Source of the DNA: Veleropilina oligotropha
Taxonomy: Eukaryota
NCBI GenBank assembly: GCA_048128005.1
Contig: JBEUKZ010000067.1
Coordinates: 1-64,000, forward strand
Direction of reading: 5' to 3'
DNA length: 64,000 nt
Part shown: positions 58,318 through 64,000 of the stretch, in pieces
How the letters are laid out: the number at the start of each line of letters is the position of its first letter
How positions within the stretch are numbered: position 1 is the stretch's first letter
Translations under genes and position numbers: made by a program
The notes under the pieces: generated by a model
The model's input: only the letters and a program-made list of their open reading frames with translations
Database searches by the model: none
What the model was told of the DNA's origin: nothing

Positions 58318-61004
58318 GAATTTAAAGTTCTTTTGAAGGTACATTGGTGCAAGGTCATTAGAACATTATACATTAACATTCCTTTACTTAACTGAAGTCT
58401 GTCTTTGAAATTTAAATAATGCAGTGTCTTGAAAAGCTCTTTACTTGGGGCATCATCACTTGCATCCAAGATTATTCTAGCAGCTTGCTTTTTGGAGTTT
58501 CATAATGCGATTACTATGTGCTATGGAACAATTTCCCCAAACTGTGCAACAATAGTCCATCACAGTTTGAATATAGCAGTTATAAAATAGTTTTCTTAAC
58601 TGTAGTGGAAGAAACTTTTTTATTCTTCGTAACAAATGGAGTCTTGATGATATCAAAGAGCAAACATGATCAACTTGACAAGTCCAGTTCAAGTTTTTAT
58701 CTAAGAAAACACCAAGAAGTTTTTCAGATTTAGAATTTTCAATCATATTTTCTTTAAATATAATGTTAAAATCTGATTGAGTATTATGATTTTGTCTGCT
58801 GCCCAGTAGCATGGATTTGTTTTTTTCAACATTTATAAGCATTCCATTTTTAAAACACCATTCGTCAATATTCTTAATGTCCTGAGTTAGATTTTCAATT
58901 ATTGTATCCGTGCAATCACCAGATGAATGAATTGTTGTGTCGTCTGCATATATTTCTGTATTGCAAGATTTGATGCTCAAGGGCAGGTCATTAATAAATA
59001 TAAGGAACAATATTGTTCCCAAGATAGAACCTTGGGGGACACCAAAATCTACACTTGTCGATTGTGATTTAGAGTTGTCAATGCAAACAGTCTGCCTTCT
59101 GTCATCAAGATAGGACTTCATCCAATTTATGGATGTTGGACTTACATTATAAACTGATAATTTCTTGATTAGTAGCTCTTGGTCAACCAAGTCTAATGCT
59201 TTTTGTAAATCAACAAGTACTGTGCCGATTACATTTCCGTCATCCATTTCTGACAGTCATTTATCAGTTAGTTTAATGAGAGCTGTTTGGCAAGAGTGCT
59301 TTTGTCGAAATCCAGATTGTGCATTGTGAAGGAGATCATTTTTGTTTAGGTATGATTGAAACTGGTTTCCTACATGTCTTTCAATGATTTTTGATATGGT
59401 GGGTAAGATGGATATTGGTCGATAGTTTTCTGTTTTAGTCTTGTTTCCTTTCTTATGAGTTGGTATAATTTTAGCATTTTTTAATTTCCCTGGGAACTTC
59501 GCCTTTGCTATGCTTAAATTAAAAATGTAGGTCAGAGAAAGCGAAATTTTTGGTGCACACATTTTTAATATCTTGGGTCCAATGCCATCTAACCCTGTTG
59601 ACTTGGCAACATTTAGACTTTCTAGAGCTTTATTCACTTCTGCGCAAGTAATATAGTTGATTTTGAATTGTTCAATATTAGCAACCTTTGGCTATAGATA
59701 GTTCTTTAAATCCAAAAGATCCTCAGAGTGACCGGTTTTAGCCTTCAATTCATGAACTATTTCCTTAAAGTATGTGCTGAATGAAGTGGTTATATCATCA
59801 AGATTGTTGCTTAAATATCCATCAATATCAATGGATGATGGGTGAGCAGTTTTGCTATTTTTCACTTTTGATATATCATGGAAAACCTTCCACATATTTT
59901 TAACACTTGATGCATCAGCAACAGACGTTTCTACTAATTTTTTCTTTGATTTTTCTCTTCGGTATTTTGCTTGATTTCTCCATATTTTATAGTTTGATTG
60001 ATCATTTTTCCATTTGAACATGTCTCTCAATCTGCATGCCTCTTTGATATCATCATTGTACCATTCCGGCTTCCTAGAATGTTTGACACGGGTGCACTTA
60101 ACTGGTGCATGTTTGTCTAAGACAGATAATAACATATTGTACCACAAATCTAAACAATGGTCAAGATCATCATAATACTCGATCTCATGAAAAGGGGCAG
60201 CCAGTAAGTCTTTTAGGAATTCAGCTTCATTGAACTTCTTAAAATTCGGTATTTAGCTTCAAAATGTTGATTTTTCTTCTCGGTTTGAAAATTATATTTT
60301 GTAATGGAAATTGGATAATGGTCACTGATACCGTAAATTGGGACTCTAACATCAGTAATATGTTCCGGATGACTTGTATAGACATGGTCAATAGTAGAGC
60401 TACCTGTATCTAGAGTCAGTTGGAGTGTTAAACATGTGCTTTAAGTTATGGGATTGGATAAGGTCTTTCCATTTTGAGGGAAGGGCGGATATATCAACAT
60501 ATTTGATATTGAAATCACCAAGAATAAGAACTTCAGTCTCTACAGATAGTGCTTTAGAAATTTGGAAATCAAAATTTTCTATCCAGTCAACGGTTGCAGT
60601 GTGTGGTCGATAACAGAAACATATGAGGAAAGGTTTAGTGTTATTTGTGGATACTTGGATCCAAATAGACTCGATTTCATTATCTTCTATGTCACATCGT
60701 CTTTGAAAATGAATATTGTCAAGTAGATAAACAATAAGACCACCTCCTATTTTACCAGTTCTATCTTTTCTTATCATATTGTAGCGTTCAAGTTTGATTT
60801 CACAATCGGACACATTTTAATTTAAGAATGTCTCAAGAAACCAATAATACTTGGCAAAGAATTTAGAGTTTCGATCTCAATTTCATCAAATTTAGGCAGC
60901 AAATGACATATGTTTAAATGTATAATATTGAGTCCTTTCTTATCCGAGTCAAAAGGATGGCAACAATTTTGGATGTCATCTAATGAAAAGGTGGTCATAT
61001 TCAA
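58318..61004 (-). mobile_element. Decayed CR1/L2-type LINE ORF2 (APE endonuclease + reverse transcriptase)
   Basis: Fragment ORFs with HLNICHL, GGGL, LGDFN, NYRPISIL, QSGFR, DLQKALDLVD, GVPQGSILG and YADDT. Multiple frameshifts. Confidence 0.93.
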
Positions 61005-61589
61005 TAATTCCTGAAGGCATATAGAAACAATTAATAACAGAATAAACCCAGGTTATAGTTGGAATATAGCATTATAATTTTGACACAATTCCTATATTAT
61101 AACCATGTAAGCGTTTGCTAAATTTTGTGAGCATCGCGTGAATAGTTTCAGTTTTAGAATAAAACATTTTCATCTCAACTCAAATTCATCAGTGTAATCT
61201 AGTTTATGACAGCATCTCTCTGGACCCAGCATGCCACTAATCTTAAAGTAAACACAATCTTCAGCGTGTAATTAAAGCTAATTAATGATATTACTTGTGT
61301 CAACATGAGACCATTGGACTATCAGAGATCAAAGCAGAAACTGGTCTGCCCTGATCAACACCATTAACCAGTTATATCCCTTTGAATGCAAACTTATGAC
61401 CAAACACAGCAAAGTCAAGCAGCAATACACCACCGGGGTCTTCCCACGACGTATACTTCTATTGTTACATACTATAGGTTATGCCACTTGGAAAAGTGTG
61501 AATGCAACAGTGCATGGGGTAATTAAGACCTTTAATGTTGAATATCGAGAGCCAAACGAGAAGAAATATTGAAAATGACAAGAAGACAA

Positions 61590-61745
61590 GAATCAAAAGA
61601 GTCTCTCATATGTCGCTTGTTTCCTGTCTGGTAACAAACTATAGATAAGTGGATACGTTTTTCCAACAACCAACACATGCATCGTAACATTTGGTCGAAT
61701 ATACTCTGTGTTGCATAAAAAGTTTCATCGAAGAACACAATTTCG
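61590..61745 (-). mobile_element. MULE (Mutator-like) transposase fragment
   Basis: Frameshifted reading VFFDETFYATQSIFDQ / TMHVLVVGKTYPLIYSLLPDRKQATYERLF matches the DGTF..FxQ..H..P..Y.LLP.K...Y.R.F MULE pattern. Confidence 0.6.
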
Positions 61746-64000
61746 AATTTTGGACATGGTGGCAAACACTTCTGCCTCAAATGGCTGTCGATCATGGTCA
61801 TGAGGCGAAATCACTGGTGTTTGACAGAATGCCATTTCTTTTAGTCACTCGTGCCTTTCATCCTTTACTTTTTCCGCATCTTGATAGTACTATCGGAATA
61901 TCTAATATGATCAGGGTTCAAAACAAGTTGAATTAAAGTAATCAGTATTTATCAATAATGATTAACGTTCAGAACTTCATAAATATTCGACTAATTTAGT
62001 GTCTGCTAATAGGACATGTGAGCTTCAACTCAAGGGTGAAATCCAAATTCAGGCAGATGTGATTAATCCCAACTAAAGGTGTGAAAGTAGATGTCGTGCT
62101 ACTAACTACAGGTACAAAAGTATACGTCGTGGGAATGAACCACACCACCAGTGTAATAAGATAATACGATTGGTCTAAGTGCATTCAGAAGAACAAATAT
62201 ATTGTGATTAAACACACTCATATATGAAATTATCTTGTCAATGAACATTTACCTAATGATAAAAACTACGCATGCTAATTTACAGATAATTTAGCATGTG
62301 GCAAACAAAAATATCTTGTAACACCAAGCAAGAAATAGAAAGTTTTAGTCGTGAACAGTTCCCTTAAACAATGCTGGTTCTGTATACTTAACTATCGAAT
62401 CTAAAACATAACCCGTTTAAACACCTGTAAATGACCGCAACAAAATAAACAGGCAATCTAAGCTTCATTGGGTTAGTTATCAGACATGCGCTTTCCGATT
62501 CTGTGCAATTCGTGATACATGCATTGCAACATACATAATAGATTAATAACTTTTGCACAATTCGCGAATCTTGTCTAATCAAAATTAGTCAGGCACTTTC
62601 CTTCTGTATTTGATGTGCTATTTATAATTAATATATATATAATACCCGACTAGTATTGCTAATAAATTTATAACTATAATTATTCCTTAGCATAATTTAA
62701 ATTACAAATGCCTTCCGTTTCCAAGTAGCACACATATTTATTATTACCTGTAGTAGTAGGCCTAAGATGGCATTGTTTCAGTTTGGCCCATCATGCACAT
62801 ACTCAAGATTTTGTGTTTGTGAATTTCTCGAGTAAACTGATTATGCAATAATTTTATTTACACCTGTGCTAATGACTTGACACATAATGATATTAACTTA
62901 ATTTGTAGACTACCTGGTGATTTATGGTTGTGTCAACAATCGTAAATAAACAGCCAATCCAGGTTATAAATAATTGCTGGTCCTTTATTTTGCGCTGAGC
63001 ACCCACAGTCATTTCATGAAATAATATCGGCGCAACAGTACATTTATTCATCTGGTATACGTAATATACAATTAAACATCGTTGTGCCAAACTATTATAA
63101 CTCGAATACCGGGATTTGTTGATGTCATGTCTTTGTCCCGGCTGAGTTACTGTATAATATCTCTAAATTAAACCTGATAAGTCTAACTTGGGTAACTCGA
63201 ATACTCGGATGTGACGAAGTATTATGGAAGTCTCCTGTAAATATTTCTTCATAAGGATGTCACAAGAACTTCATGTAATAATTATAATACGAGACACCAT
63301 TCGTTGTTTTAGGTATCGGAACACTTTGCATTATTTAATTCCATGTCAATCACGAGTGCGCCGAAAAATTCGATCTTTATTACATTAAATTGCTGAATAA
63401 ATAACATAGAAAGGCGATCATGGAGTCGCGCGCAACAGAAGACGCATGACTGAGTGTGTACAGCTTTCACAGGCGCTTGGCGAATCTGCCGGTTTGTGAA
63501 TCACGCAGGCTGTATAAGGAATGAAAGTTGGCATCATTTAAATTTTGGCGAATATGCCCATGCTCGTCGGTGATTGAATTTTCCGTTGTGATGACACATT
63601 TTTCGTTATCACAGGGTAGTCTGTATGTTTTGTTACCCGCTGATATGACTTTATGTATTTTGACAGTGTAGTTAAATTTATAAAATCAAGGTAATATTAA
63701 CTATATAGATAGACTTAGTCCCAACCAATATTCGAACACACTACTGTTCGTGTCAGTGGAATCAAGTTGACCAGTGATTTCAGAGTTTGTAAACCATTAA
63801 TCACACGAATGTTGGAGCAGCCGGACTCATTCAAAGTTATTATGCATCAAAAGTTGTTTAATATTCATTGCATAATGAAAAGTTACGGAACAGAAATGTA
63901 AACCACCATTTTGGAGATCTATACAAAATTATTATTATGTGTATTATGATACCGTATGTTAATCCATTTTGACCTACTTTTCCATTGTATTAACTGTAGA

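Overview
AT-rich animal genomic DNA, probably a marine lophotrochozoan invertebrate (inferred from repeat types and gene structure). (1) 6887-22449 is a complete 15,563-bp GC-rich endogenous DNA virus of the Polinton/adintovirus/Polinton-like virus group. It has ~355-bp terminal inverted repeats ending in G/C runs and a 5-bp GCACT target-site duplication. It encodes an intact double-jelly-roll major capsid protein, an intact A32-type packaging ATPase, a frameshifted penton and a nonsense-interrupted rve integrase. It also carries a decayed ~1300-codon replicase that I reconstruct as HeH/Rho-N - OTU-like protease - divergent family B polymerase - SF1B (Pif1/RecD-like) helicase - HNH nuclease. 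No adenain-type maturation protease is recognisable. Instead there are about seven predicted membrane proteins (one starting with adjacent PSAP and LYPxL late-domain motifs) and a secreted Cys-rich protein. This element is the best candidate for an undescribed system. (2) Two head-to-head carboxypeptidase Q (M28) paralogs: a complete 14-exon copy on the minus strand and the first six exons of a plus-strand copy, with ATGs 456 bp apart. (3) Many host repeats: tRNA-derived SINEs with TSDs, TTAA MITEs, Helentron-like elements with internal satellites, a decayed CR1/L2 LINE, RTE and MULE fragments, minisatellites and long hairpins. All calls come from reading motifs by eye; no searches were run.
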